Shown here one piece after another: positions 7,015 to 15,690 of a DNA stretch of 29,452 bases (the stretch's first letter is position 1; each line of letters opens with the position of its first letter). Position numbers and translations under genes: made by a program. The DNA comes from a virus (lineage: Duplodnaviria > Caudoviricetes): positions 1 to 29,452 of IMG/VR virus record IMGVR_UViG_3300046009_001082, one strand, 5' to 3'. The notes under the pieces are model-generated. The model was not told the origin of the DNA. It saw only the letters and a program-made list of their open reading frames with translations, and made no database searches.

Positions 7015-10000
7015 TTAAAATATTTGAACATCAAAGTAAGAAATCAATCTATTCATTATCAATTCTTTGTTATAAGAATTATCAAAGTATAAATTTACAA
7101 TAAAATAAGAACTACGCAAACGAGCACGTTGATTGTTAGTGTCTCTAGGAATCTTAACTCTCCACTTATCAAATCTTCTTTTAATTCGATTAACTGAGTA
7201 AGGAACTTTTCCTGTATCTTGGTATTCATTGTAGATTCTAAAAGCAGTGATTGTTTGAGTCCTATCAACTACTTTATTATTATCTCTTACTATTGAATTG
7301 TATTCTAATGTTCTTAATATTTTATTTAAATCTGCTTCAGGGTTTACAACTAGTGAAATAAAACATTCTTCTACTTCATTGTAAAACTCTCCATAGTTTC
7401 CTATGTTGTGGACAAATCCTCTTTCAGCATTATTAACTTTCTTAGTTGTTATTAATGTATCTCCGTTCTCAATCCATATTGGAGGAGTTTGAGAAAGTCT
7501 TGTAGAAAAAGAAGCACTTAGTTCATCGTAGACTAAAGAGAAGTCTGTAACTTGTTTTAAGTCTGCTAAAAAGTCTGCATGTTCTAGAACTTCTAGAATA
7601 AGTTCGCTAGGACTTCCATCACTAGTAGTAAAGGTAGAAGTGATTACTACATAGTAATTAGTAGTTCCAGTAATCAACACAATATCAGAAACTTCGTAAG
7701 TAGTTTCTCTTGCTACTGTTTTAATCATTCCACTTGTAAGGAAAGTAAAAATAATCTCGTTGTTAATTAAATCTTTTCCTATGTGTACTCCTTTACCTAA
7801 AATAGGATTATCTCCTCCGTATTCTTTTCTTAAGAAGTTTCCTGCACCTAAGTTTTGTAAGAAAGAGTGCATTCCTTTTATTTCAGATAGTGGAGAATTA
7901 CCTTCTCCCATTAAGAATATCTTTCTATGAATAGCATCAAAGAAATAGATACCTGAATCAGTTTGTTTTACAGCCCATTGATGAATAGAACCGTGTTCTT
8001 TAGTATAGTATTGGTGTTTACCAAATCCTAAACCTGTACCTAATTGTGTAGGTACTCCGTCAGTTGCTGTAGTAATAGCAGCTCTGTTAATAGCATAAAT
8101 ACCTACAGCTCTATCTTGAATAAAAAAGATATTGTCTTTAAAATTAATTACTCTGTTAATAGGTCCGTAATCATCTATATCGTAATAGTTGTTTACACCA
8201 AACTTTGTCCAAGAATCTATTTGTTCGTTATTTATTTTAACATCAGATAAATAGCCTCTAACATCATTGATAACACATCCACTACTAGTTGAAGTAGGTT
8301 CTACAAAAAATGCTACATCTATGTTTTCTCTAGAGTTAACTAAGTTGTAAGCATACATATTACTTACGTCTTTAGCAGTAGGAGCTTTTGTATTATTATT
8401 TTCTTGTCTTAGTACTGGAGATTCATCTCCGTCAAAAGTATATTCTACTAATGTACGTAAGGTTGCTCCGTAAGCAAGGTCTTGATTGATTTGAGACTCT
8501 GTTACAAATACTTGTGTGTATGAATAAGTTTGAGCAAACCAAGGTTTTAAACCTGTTTTATATAACGCAGTGTCAAAGTCTACCATCTTTATTTGTAAAG
8601 TAGACATATTCATAAATATATCTCCACCAAACACAATAGGCGTAGTTTCAGAAGTATTAATGATAGGCGAGCATTGTATAAAAGCGTTTACTTCTAAAGT
8701 AGATTGTGAATAGCCTCCATATATTTCTGCTTTTGGTGCTATTAAATCTACTATTGGATAAGAAACATCAGAAGCTATTCCTATCGTTGTGACACCGCCT
8801 GATGCTTCGTTTTTAAAGTATTCAGTAGTTGGCACAGTAGGAACTGGTTGCTGTGTAATAGGGTCTACATCATAAGATTTTGTGTATCCTAATATGTTGC
8901 TACCACTTTTAGAAAAACTACTATCTGCAGGACTAGCATGGTCAGGGTCATTAAGATTATTTCCTGCATTATAAGCAAAATAATTACGTATCGTATAACC
9001 TCCCCAAATAGGTGTAATTTTATCTTGATATGTCGAATCATCGGGCATATTAAAATACTCTTTTTGGTCCCAAGCTTTTATATTTTCTATGCTATTAAAA
9101 GTAACTGCATTATAATTTTTTAATTTTACTCTTATATCTATAGTGTGCTCGGGCAAATCAATAGGACGTTTATCTGAAATAGTTGTAGATATGTCTGTAA
9201 AAGCATCGTTAATACTATACCCACCTGTTATTAGTAAACCAGTACTGCCGCCTAATGCATTATTTACTGTATTTTTATAATTAAAAGATATTTCAGGAGA
9301 GTAGAAACCTAAGTATTTATTTACAGCTAAAGCTGGACCTACAGGATTTTTAGTGCCTAAACTATCAAACGTACTGTTTCCTCCATTTTCGTCTAAATGT
9401 ATTACTTGCTGACTTCCATTAGCACTCAAATCAAAGTCACTGGATGCACTCTGTATTCTAAAATATTGGCATGTTCGTATTATACCTTGAGTCAATCTAC
9501 GTTTATCTGCATCAGTTCTTTGCACTCTTACTATTTGATAACCAGTAACATTAGAAAGTAAAATAGGGCAAGTTGAAAAGTCTAGACTAAATTGAATACC
9601 TAAGTTGTAGGCAATAGTAAATTGAGGTGTGACAGAGTCAGCTTGAGATAAAGGAAAGTAAGGAGTACCTGAAAGGTTGTTAACGCCATCTTCTTCTGAA
9701 ATATCAGGAAACTTAATATCTCCTATGTATTCTACAAAAGTAGCTTCTCCTTTTGTGGTATAAAAGATAATACCAAATCTATAAGTTTCTCCTCGTTTGT
9801 ATCCTCTTAACAAGCCTGATATAAATGGAGAGGCAGCATTAGGATAAGTAGAATTAAATCTTACTCCGTAACCATCATCTAAATCGTGGGAATCTCTAGG
9901 AAAGCCAAAAGGAACAGGTGCTAAAGACGCAATACCTGCTTGTACATCTCCATCAACAGTCATCGGTTCTAAGTGAAAAGTATAACTGATGTTGGGTCCT

Positions 10001-11262
10001 TCTCCTCCTAATCTAGCTCCGTCAGACTGGTATCTATATTGTTGATTAGTTTGCCAATTAGAATCCCAATGAGCGTCTTTATTTAGGGCAAGATTAAAAG
10101 CGTTTTGTAAATCGTTATCATCGTTACCTGAGCCTGGAGTAAACGGAGGTGTTATAGTTCCTCCTACGTTTCTATATCGTCTAGTTTTAGCATAAAAAGT
10201 TTCGTTAGGACCTAATAAACTAGCAAGATTAACTTGAGAGCCTTTAATATTAGAAACTATTAAACTATTATCTTTTTGAGTAAAAGTCTTAGGAGTTTTA
10301 AATGCAAAGTTTTTAGTAGCAAACGTGAATAACTCTTCAGTAGTTTGGCTTCCTTCAGCACCTGTGTAGGTAAACACTATTGAAGTGTTTGCTCCAATAC
10401 TTATTGTTTCAACACTTTTAACAGATGGAGTAGCTATACCATTTTCATAGTAAAGAACTAAAAATTCAATCTTGTTAAAGATGTTATAATTAGTAGTGTC
10501 TACAGTAACAGCAAATGATTTTCCTGTATTTATTGCAACAGGGTCTCCGTTATAATCAGCTGAGTTAGTTAGTTCAGAGTCTGATACAACGTGTATTAAG
10601 TTAGAGGGTGGAGAAACTAGTGTTTCTTTTCCGTCAAAAGTAATAAGCCTATAAGCAACTTGATACTCACCTGACATTAAAGAGCCTCCTCCTGCAATAG
10701 TAGTTAGTAAGGGTTGAGTAAATTCTACATTAGGATAGATGTCTACTAGTCCTGGGGCTAACGTAATTAGATTAGGGTCTTCTAAATTAATAGCTCTAAA
10801 GAAGTTATTATAATCTGTCCAATAAACTCTTTGTGTACAATCAGACTCATATCGTCCTAATGCTTCTATAGGCCAATCTTTACTAAAGTTAAGTAGAGGA
10901 CTATAGTATTTTAATGCAGGAAAGCCACTAAGTATTTCTCTAGTAGCTGTGTTATATTGTATATCGTAAATCCAACTCTTAGTATTGCTATCATCTGCTA
11001 CAAACACTATAATTCGATTTCTAATAGTAGTGTAGCCTATAATTTTAGGGTTAGATGCAGACCAAGATGAGCCGTTAAAAGTTCCCGAAGTGGGAATACT
11101 AAAAGATTCTACGTTGCCTTTCATATTAGTAAAGGCTCCTGTAGATTCACCTGAAGTAGTAGTAATTCTAATATCCAGTGCGTCAATATACAAATTAGGA
11201 GCTATACTATCGTAAGCAGTATCTTGATTAAGTCCTGTATAAGTATTAACATGTGGATTCAT
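7015..11262 (-). CDS. Tail stabilisation / muzzle protein (crAss-type, P22 gp10-like)
   Basis: 1415 aa, beta-rich. N-terminal GLNQD...DALDIRI, plus VYWTDYNN, GYKRGETYRFGIIFY and FGGDIF, and a C-terminal RRFDKWR...RLRSSY. It follows the tail tubular gene, as in crAss-like genomes. Confidence 0.8.
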   Translation of the reverse strand: MNPHVNTYTGLNQDTAYDSIAPNLYIDALDIRITTTSGESTGAFTNMKGNVESFSIPTSGTFNGSSWSASNPKIIGYTTIRNRIIVFVADDSNTKSWIYDIQYNTATREILSGFPALKYYSPLLNFSKDWPIEALGRYESDCTQRVYWTDYNNFFRAINLEDPNLITLAPGLVDIYPNVEFTQPLLTTIAGGGSLMSGEYQVAYRLITFDGKETLVSPPSNLIHVVSDSELTNSADYNGDPVAINTGKSFAVTVDTTNYNIFNKIEFLVLYYENGIATPSVKSVETISIGANTSIVFTYTGAEGSQTTEELFTFATKNFAFKTPKTFTQKDNSLIVSNIKGSQVNLASLLGPNETFYAKTRRYRNVGGTITPPFTPGSGNDDNDLQNAFNLALNKDAHWDSNWQTNQQYRYQSDGARLGGEGPNISYTFHLEPMTVDGDVQAGIASLAPVPFGFPRDSHDLDDGYGVRFNSTYPNAASPFISGLLRGYKRGETYRFGIIFYTTKGEATFVEYIGDIKFPDISEEDGVNNLSGTPYFPLSQADSVTPQFTIAYNLGIQFSLDFSTCPILLSNVTGYQIVRVQRTDADKRRLTQGIIRTCQYFRIQSASSDFDLSANGSQQVIHLDENGGNSTFDSLGTKNPVGPALAVNKYLGFYSPEISFNYKNTVNNALGGSTGLLITGGYSINDAFTDISTTISDKRPIDLPEHTIDIRVKLKNYNAVTFNSIENIKAWDQKEYFNMPDDSTYQDKITPIWGGYTIRNYFAYNAGNNLNDPDHASPADSSFSKSGSNILGYTKSYDVDPITQQPVPTVPTTEYFKNEASGGVTTIGIASDVSYPIVDLIAPKAEIYGGYSQSTLEVNAFIQCSPIINTSETTPIVFGGDIFMNMSTLQIKMVDFDTALYKTGLKPWFAQTYSYTQVFVTESQINQDLAYGATLRTLVEYTFDGDESPVLRQENNNTKAPTAKDVSNMYAYNLVNSRENIDVAFFVEPTSTSSGCVINDVRGYLSDVKINNEQIDSWTKFGVNNYYDIDDYGPINRVINFKDNIFFIQDRAVGIYAINRAAITTATDGVPTQLGTGLGFGKHQYYTKEHGSIHQWAVKQTDSGIYFFDAIHRKIFLMGEGNSPLSEIKGMHSFLQNLGAGNFLRKEYGGDNPILGKGVHIGKDLINNEIIFTFLTSGMIKTVARETTYEVSDIVLITGTTNYYVVITSTFTTSDGSPSELILEVLEHADFLADLKQVTDFSLVYDELSASFSTRLSQTPPIWIENGDTLITTKKVNNAERGFVHNIGNYGEFYNEVEECFISLVVNPEADLNKILRTLEYNSIVRDNNKVVDRTQTITAFRIYNEYQDTGKVPYSVNRIKRRFDKWRVKIPRDTNNQRARLRSSYFIVNLYFDNSYNKELIMNRLISYFDVQIF

Positions 11263-12083
11263 TATATTGCTGGATTAGGTCCTTGTACATTCGCACTAAT
11301 AGTATTTATAGTAGATACTAAAGCACTACCTGCTTTAGGTCTAAACTTACGTTGTTCAGGTAACTGCATATTAGCAAAGAAAGATGCATGTGCTTGTATA
11401 TCAGGTATTGTTCTGATGGTAGCATTTTTAACTGATTCAGCTTCGTCAACACCGTTCCATTGTTTAGCGTGATTAACTGCTTGAGCAAAATACCAATCTC
11501 TATCTGTTTCTATTTTTTGGAATATAGCATCTCTTAGTTGTCCCATATACCAAAGCTTTCTAGCAATCTTGTGTCCAATATAAAAAGCACTTGCTTCTAA
11601 CCATTGTTGTTCAGCTGGTACTACTGGGTAACCACAATCATCTGTTGGGATAGCTACATAGCTCATCATTATAAATCCTTTGCTAAAGCTAGGAAAGATA
11701 TAATTATTTTCTACAGTGTAAGTTTCTCTTGACTCAGTAGTATAATCTCTATCGTCTTTGTGGTATCTTTTGTGGAAGTTGTCCGTAGCCCAACGCATTG
11801 GGAAAGGTCTTCCATGGCCGCATTCAGCTTCTTCGATAGTTTCAACTCCTTCTAGGTAAGCTGTTTGATTAATTTTGTGCAAGTCAAAAGGAAGTTCTCC
11901 TAAGCCATCACAAATCTCAATGTAAGCAATGCTGTTAGTCATAACCATACCTACGTTAGTGTGAGCCATAAACTCAGCTAACCACTCTAAACCTTCTTCT
12001 TCTTTAAGGTCGTAATTAAAGGCAAAGTCTCTTAGTACTTTGTCTATAATAGTTTTGTACGATACGGTTTTTCCTGCAAACAT
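11262..12083 (-). CDS. Tail tubular / first ring protein (P22 gp4-like)
   Basis: 273 aa with YTVENNYIFPSFSKGFIMMSYVAIPTDDCGYPVVP and WYFAQA. It lies immediately before the muzzle gene with a 1-nt stop/start overlap. Confidence 0.75.
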   Translation of the reverse strand: MFAGKTVSYKTIIDKVLRDFAFNYDLKEEEGLEWLAEFMAHTNVGMVMTNSIAYIEICDGLGELPFDLHKINQTAYLEGVETIEEAECGHGRPFPMRWATDNFHKRYHKDDRDYTTESRETYTVENNYIFPSFSKGFIMMSYVAIPTDDCGYPVVPAEQQWLEASAFYIGHKIARKLWYMGQLRDAIFQKIETDRDWYFAQAVNHAKQWNGVDEAESVKNATIRTIPDIQAHASFFANMQLPEQRKFRPKAGSALVSTINTISANVQGPNPAI

Positions 12084-12358
12084 TACATCAAGTTTTTAAA
12101 TATTGATTCTAAACGATTGGCGATACCTTCGGTAGATTTGTCCATAGTAGGGTCTTCGGTACTTACAGACTTATCTGTTTTCCATTCCCATTCTCCTTTA
12201 TCGTTTTTGCATCGACATTCTTTAGTAATAATGTATCCTCCTTCAACTTGTTCTACACGAGTTTCTTCTGAGGAACCATCTTCAAATTCTTTACGAGTAA
12301 TTTTAACAGTTGACTCAACTGATTTACTACTTTCTGATTTCATTGGCATATCATCCAT
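12083..12358 (-). CDS. Small acidic hypothetical protein (91 aa)
   Basis: Overlaps both neighbours in the minus-strand operon. No recognisable family. Confidence 0.7.
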   Translation of the reverse strand: MDDMPMKSESSKSVESTVKITRKEFEDGSSEETRVEQVEGGYIITKECRCKNDKGEWEWKTDKSVSTEDPTMDKSTEGIANRLESIFKNLM

Positions 12359-12878
12359 AATAAAATGTTTTACGGTTAGGGTCTTTTACAACTTTAGCAA
12401 TCAGTCTTGAATATTGTCTTGATGCTTTAAAGCCAAAAAAGGTTTTATATTTTAAATTACTAGTATTGTTATCCCAATAGTGTTCGTAAAACTCTCCCGA
12501 TGTGTGATCGTTCTCGTGATACAATATTGGTTTATTTGGTACTTGTTTTAATTCTGCTAATGTCTGGTCTGGATATTTTACCTTCCAATACTCTAAGGTA
12601 GCTTTCCAATTAGGCCTAACACTCTTGGCTCTTTTGCCTTCTTTGTTAAAGTAGTTAAGCTTCTTACTTCTAACTCTTATTTTACCTATTCCAATTAGTT
12701 TTAGCTCTAATCCTTTTTCTACTATTGCTGTACTAAACTTATCAAGTAATACTTTTAAGAACTTGTTATAAACACTTTGACTTACTTCTCTTTCTTGTCT
12801 ATGTTCTTTATAATAGTTGTAAAAGTCTTTCTTTTTTATCTCACCTACTTTTCTTTCTTTCTTACTATTGTCCTGCAT
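12351..12878 (-). CDS. IHF/HU-like basic DNA-binding protein (crAss-type)
   Basis: Very basic. The helix-helix-ELKLIGIGKIRVRSKK...FKASR pattern fits an HU/IHF fold with a long arm (PNWKAT...YHENDHTSG). Its position before the tail tubular gene matches crAss-like IHF homologues. Confidence 0.65.
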   Translation of the reverse strand: MQDNSKKERKVGEIKKKDFYNYYKEHRQEREVSQSVYNKFLKVLLDKFSTAIVEKGLELKLIGIGKIRVRSKKLNYFNKEGKRAKSVRPNWKATLEYWKVKYPDQTLAELKQVPNKPILYHENDHTSGEFYEHYWDNNTSNLKYKTFFGFKASRQYSRLIAKVVKDPNRKTFYYG

Positions 12879-13578
12879 TGCTTGCCGTTATTGTTTCTGT
12901 TTTACCGTCTTCTGCATTGTTAGAGTCATCTTGTTGATTAGCTCCTTTTTGCATTAGCTGATTAAGTATTTGTGGCTTCATATACTCCCACATCCATAAG
13001 TTTAATGGGTAAGGTTCAGAACTAGAATAACAAGGTTTACCATTAACACAACTTACAAATTGTTTTAATGAAGTAGGGTCTTCAAATATTCCTCTAACAG
13101 TGATGTACTTAGTCATGCTGACAGTAGGATTTTTACTAGTTATATACAAGTAGTTGTTGTAAAGAAATGCATACACAGCTCTTTGAGTAGTTCTTCCGTG
13201 TCCTACGTAAGGAACTCTAGAATAGTCTATTAGAACGTATCTAGGCATCATTATATCAGCAGGACCAATTGTTGCAATACCTTTAGTAAAGTAAAACTCT
13301 ATAGTGTTAGGTATTTGTACTTTAGTTCTTAGTACTTGGCATTTTGCAGGAACATCTATACAGCAATCAATAGGGTTAACTAGCTCTAATTCTAAACAAG
13401 ATAAATCTTGTAGTACGTAAGGGTCAATACTTCTATTTTTGTTATATTCATTACGCAACCATAGAGCACGTTGACCATTAATTAAATCAGTAAAAAGTTC
13501 ATACGAGAATGAAGATTCTATAGAATTAATTGCTAAGGATTCATCTAGCTGTGCGTGAAGGTCGTCTAATGATAACAT
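12865..13578 (-). CDS. Putative tail ring / structural protein
   Basis: 237 aa with QRALWLRN, QDLSCLELELV, C-x-VLRTK-x-x-IP and VRGIFEDP...YPL. Resembles the crAss-like conserved ring protein found before the IHF gene. Confidence 0.65.
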   Translation of the reverse strand: MLSLDDLHAQLDESLAINSIESSFSYELFTDLINGQRALWLRNEYNKNRSIDPYVLQDLSCLELELVNPIDCCIDVPAKCQVLRTKVQIPNTIEFYFTKGIATIGPADIMMPRYVLIDYSRVPYVGHGRTTQRAVYAFLYNNYLYITSKNPTVSMTKYITVRGIFEDPTSLKQFVSCVNGKPCYSSSEPYPLNLWMWEYMKPQILNQLMQKGANQQDDSNNAEDGKTETITASNAGQ

Positions 13579-13582
13579 ATAG

Positions 13583-13590
13583 CAAATATA
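13583..13590 (-). promoter_or_regulatory. Candidate Bacteroidota sigma70 -7 element (TATATTTG)
   Basis: Matches TAnnTTTG, intergenic, 4 nt upstream of the ATG at 13578. No clear -33 element. Confidence 0.4.
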
Positions 13591-13606
13591 TAAGTTTATT
13601 TTTAAA

Positions 13607-13744
13607 TTATTTACCTTGTCCTCTATATAACTTCTTATATTTTTTAGAAGTCTTTAATTTAGAAGTTTTTGTTTTTGAGTGTACTCCAGGTCTAGATACT
13701 TTTATTCTCTCTTTAACTCCGCCTGTTGTCTGTAACTTTGCCAT
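13607..13744 (-). CDS. 45-aa highly basic protein ending YRGQGK (not in ORF track)
   Basis: MAKLQTTGGVKERIKVSRPGVHSKTKTSKLKTSKKYKKLYRGQGK*. ATG at 13744, TAA at 13607-13609. It fills the operon gap. Confidence 0.8.
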   Translation of the reverse strand: MAKLQTTGGVKERIKVSRPGVHSKTKTSKLKTSKKYKKLYRGQGK

Positions 13745-13746
13745 AG

Positions 13747-13905
13747 CTATCTGTTTTTAAAAGTAAAGTTTAAAATAGTAAACATATAAAATTCTCTTGA
13801 TACATCTATTTCAATAGTAAGAAGGTCTAAAGCAGAAATTCTTACTCTAATAGCTATCTTATCCCATTGTCTTCGATAGCCTTTCCAGTTGTTTCTAAAC
13901 TTCAT
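13747..13905 (-). CDS. 52-aa hypothetical protein (not in ORF track)
   Basis: MKFRNNWKGYRRQWDKIAIRVRISALDLLTIEIDVSREFYMFTILNFTFKNR*. The ATG overlaps the endolysin stop (TAATG). Confidence 0.75.
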   Translation of the reverse strand: MKFRNNWKGYRRQWDKIAIRVRISALDLLTIEIDVSREFYMFTILNFTFKNR

Positions 13906-14372
13906 TATTCTTTAATTTCAAAGTGCATCCAATCGTAATTCTTTTCTTTACCCAAACTAATAAAACCGTGTTTGTAAAAAATATCAATCATCGGTTTGTA
14001 TTCAGGTCTAGCAAATCTTGCTGTTCTGCTTGTTTCTTTTAGTGTGTTTCTTGCAGGGTCTAAATCAATAGCAATTCCCCAAGAATGTTTAGACCAAGCT
14101 GATCCACCTCTCATTTTACGAAAGGTAAAACAACCTCCAAATAAATCAATACCTAATCGTCTGATTTCTTCTAATCCATAAACCTCAAGTAATTCTTTAA
14201 AGACTGCTTCAAATTTAGTAGCTACTAGCTTATGGCATCTTAATCTAGTTACACTAGTATCTAAATCCCAAGCTAGTTTCATTGGATAAGGTAACTGAAC
14301 AGTTACTAAATAACCTGCACCTGTTTCATTAGGTGTTCCGTATTTTTTAATAGTTTGTGCTGTAGTTAACAT
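13905..14372 (-). CDS. Endolysin, peptidase M15 family (L-Ala-D-Glu/D,D-peptidase-like)
   Basis: SKHSWGIAIDLD (SxHxxGxAxD), upstream Arg in FRKMR, and DWMHFE as the third Zn ligand. Lies near the holin-like genes. Confidence 0.9.
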   Translation of the reverse strand: MLTTAQTIKKYGTPNETGAGYLVTVQLPYPMKLAWDLDTSVTRLRCHKLVATKFEAVFKELLEVYGLEEIRRLGIDLFGGCFTFRKMRGGSAWSKHSWGIAIDLDPARNTLKETSRTARFARPEYKPMIDIFYKHGFISLGKEKNYDWMHFEIKE

Positions 14373-14659
14373 TATTTCTTTTTTACAAAAAGTTTAGTAA
14401 TAAAAGTAGCTATTTTTTTAAGAACGTGACTTTCTGAATCTACTACTACTTCTGTGCGTCCTTCAACGTTTTTAACGTTTACATCAACTTTTTTACCATC
14501 GTAGTTAAACTCTTTGTTCTCACCTTCTTTAGTAAATTTTACATCTACATTGGGAGTATCTACTTCTACTTTTAAGTCTTTTCCTTTTTTCTCTACTTTA
14601 ACGTCTACTTTGTCTGTGTCTACATCTACGTTAAAATCTTTAATTTTTTTCTTAGCCAT
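14372..14659 (-). CDS. K/V/D-rich repetitive beta-strand protein (~95 aa, likely start MAKKKIKDF)
   Basis: Repeats such as VDTDKVDVKVEK, VDTPNVDVKFTK and DGKKVDVNVK, with an amphipathic C-terminal helix. ATG at 14659 has an A-rich leader and avoids overlap with the upstream gene. Confidence 0.7.
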   Translation of the reverse strand: MAKKKIKDFNVDVDTDKVDVKVEKKGKDLKVEVDTPNVDVKFTKEGENKEFNYDGKKVDVNVKNVEGRTEVVVDSESHVLKKIATFITKLFVKKK

Positions 14660-14669
14660 TTTAATTAAT

Positions 14670-14900
14670 TTAAGGGTTTGTGGTTTCTTCTTTATCACTA
14701 ACTGTTAATTGAGCAGTTGTTGCTATTGTAGCACTAACAGTTGCTAAATAAGTGGCAGTTGTGATGAGAGCTGTTGGTAAAGATACTGGAGCTGTGATGA
14801 TGATTCCTGCTATTGCTCCTGTTACTATTGCCCAACGTTGTACTCGTTTCCAAAATTTAGGTGTTTTTTCATTCCACCTTTCTTTAAAGTTCTTTTCCAT
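14670..14900 (-). CDS. Small membrane protein, putative holin/antiholin
   Basis: Basic N-terminus (ERWNEKTPKFWKRV) followed by two hydrophobic segments, within the lysis cassette. Confidence 0.6.
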   Translation of the reverse strand: MEKNFKERWNEKTPKFWKRVQRWAIVTGAIAGIIITAPVSLPTALITTATYLATVSATIATTAQLTVSDKEETTNP

Positions 14901-15426
14901 TATTATCTATTTTAGGTTCGTCTTTTACGTGTTTAGCTAATGCTTTTAACAAAGGTACGTATTCTGTCCAACCTAATCTTTTAAAGTTTTCTAAATTAGA
15001 TAATATTAAGTTGAGTAACACGTAGTTATAAAACATTCCATGTAACCATTCGTATATATTAAATTCGTATCCTATTAGATTAAAGCCTTTAATATTATTA
15101 GCTAATGCATTGGAAGAACCAATCATTATCATATAGACTAATAACTTTAACCAACCTTTTCCAAATAGTTCTGAGTCAAATTTTAAACCTTCTTTTTTAG
15201 AAGCCTTTAATCCTGTGTAAAATTCTAAGATAAAAAGTATAAGAATAATAATACCTACAATAGCTTTAATACCAAATATTAAATCAAAGTAATAACCAAA
15301 GGTTGCTGTGCAACTACTAATAGTTACTAAAGGTAAAGTAAGTTTAAGATGAAAAGCACTGTTTAAAAAATGAGTTAAACTATTGTATCCTGCGGTTGTT
15401 ACTAATTTAGTTAAAAATGTTTTCAT
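14884..15426 (-). CDS. Phage holin family protein (Phage_holin_4-like)
   Basis: 3-4 hydrophobic segments, EFYTGLKAS...FDS...GWLKLLVY and a C-terminal SNLENFKRLG. Confidence 0.7.
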   Translation of the reverse strand: MKTFLTKLVTTAGYNSLTHFLNSAFHLKLTLPLVTISSCTATFGYYFDLIFGIKAIVGIIILILFILEFYTGLKASKKEGLKFDSELFGKGWLKLLVYMIMIGSSNALANNIKGFNLIGYEFNIYEWLHGMFYNYVLLNLILSNLENFKRLGWTEYVPLLKALAKHVKDEPKIDNNGKEL

Positions 15427-15447
15427 CTCTTATATTTATTTTTTTAT

Positions 15448-15690
15448 TTACAAAATTTCTTCTATCTCAAATATTACATCAAAGATAGTAGGTTCTCCTA
15501 ATATTTCTCTTATACTTTCATCAAAAATAATGTACCAAAAGATAGGAACATCGTGGTATGAAGTTTCATAATTTACCCAATACTTTGTCACATCTTCTTC
15601 ATTGATTGGTAAACCATAATAATCAGCACACTGTTTACGTGCATCAATAGCATCTTGTTCTACTATATATTTATATCCAATTACTTCCAT
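15448..15690 (-). CDS. Small acidic protein after the fibre gene, possible fibre-assembly partner (likely start MEVIGY)
   Basis: ATG at 15690 overlaps the upstream TAA (TAATG). 80 aa. Function inferred from position only. Confidence 0.6.
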   Translation of the reverse strand: MEVIGYKYIVEQDAIDARKQCADYYGLPINEEDVTKYWVNYETSYHDVPIFWYIIFDESIREILGEPTIFDVIFEIEEIL

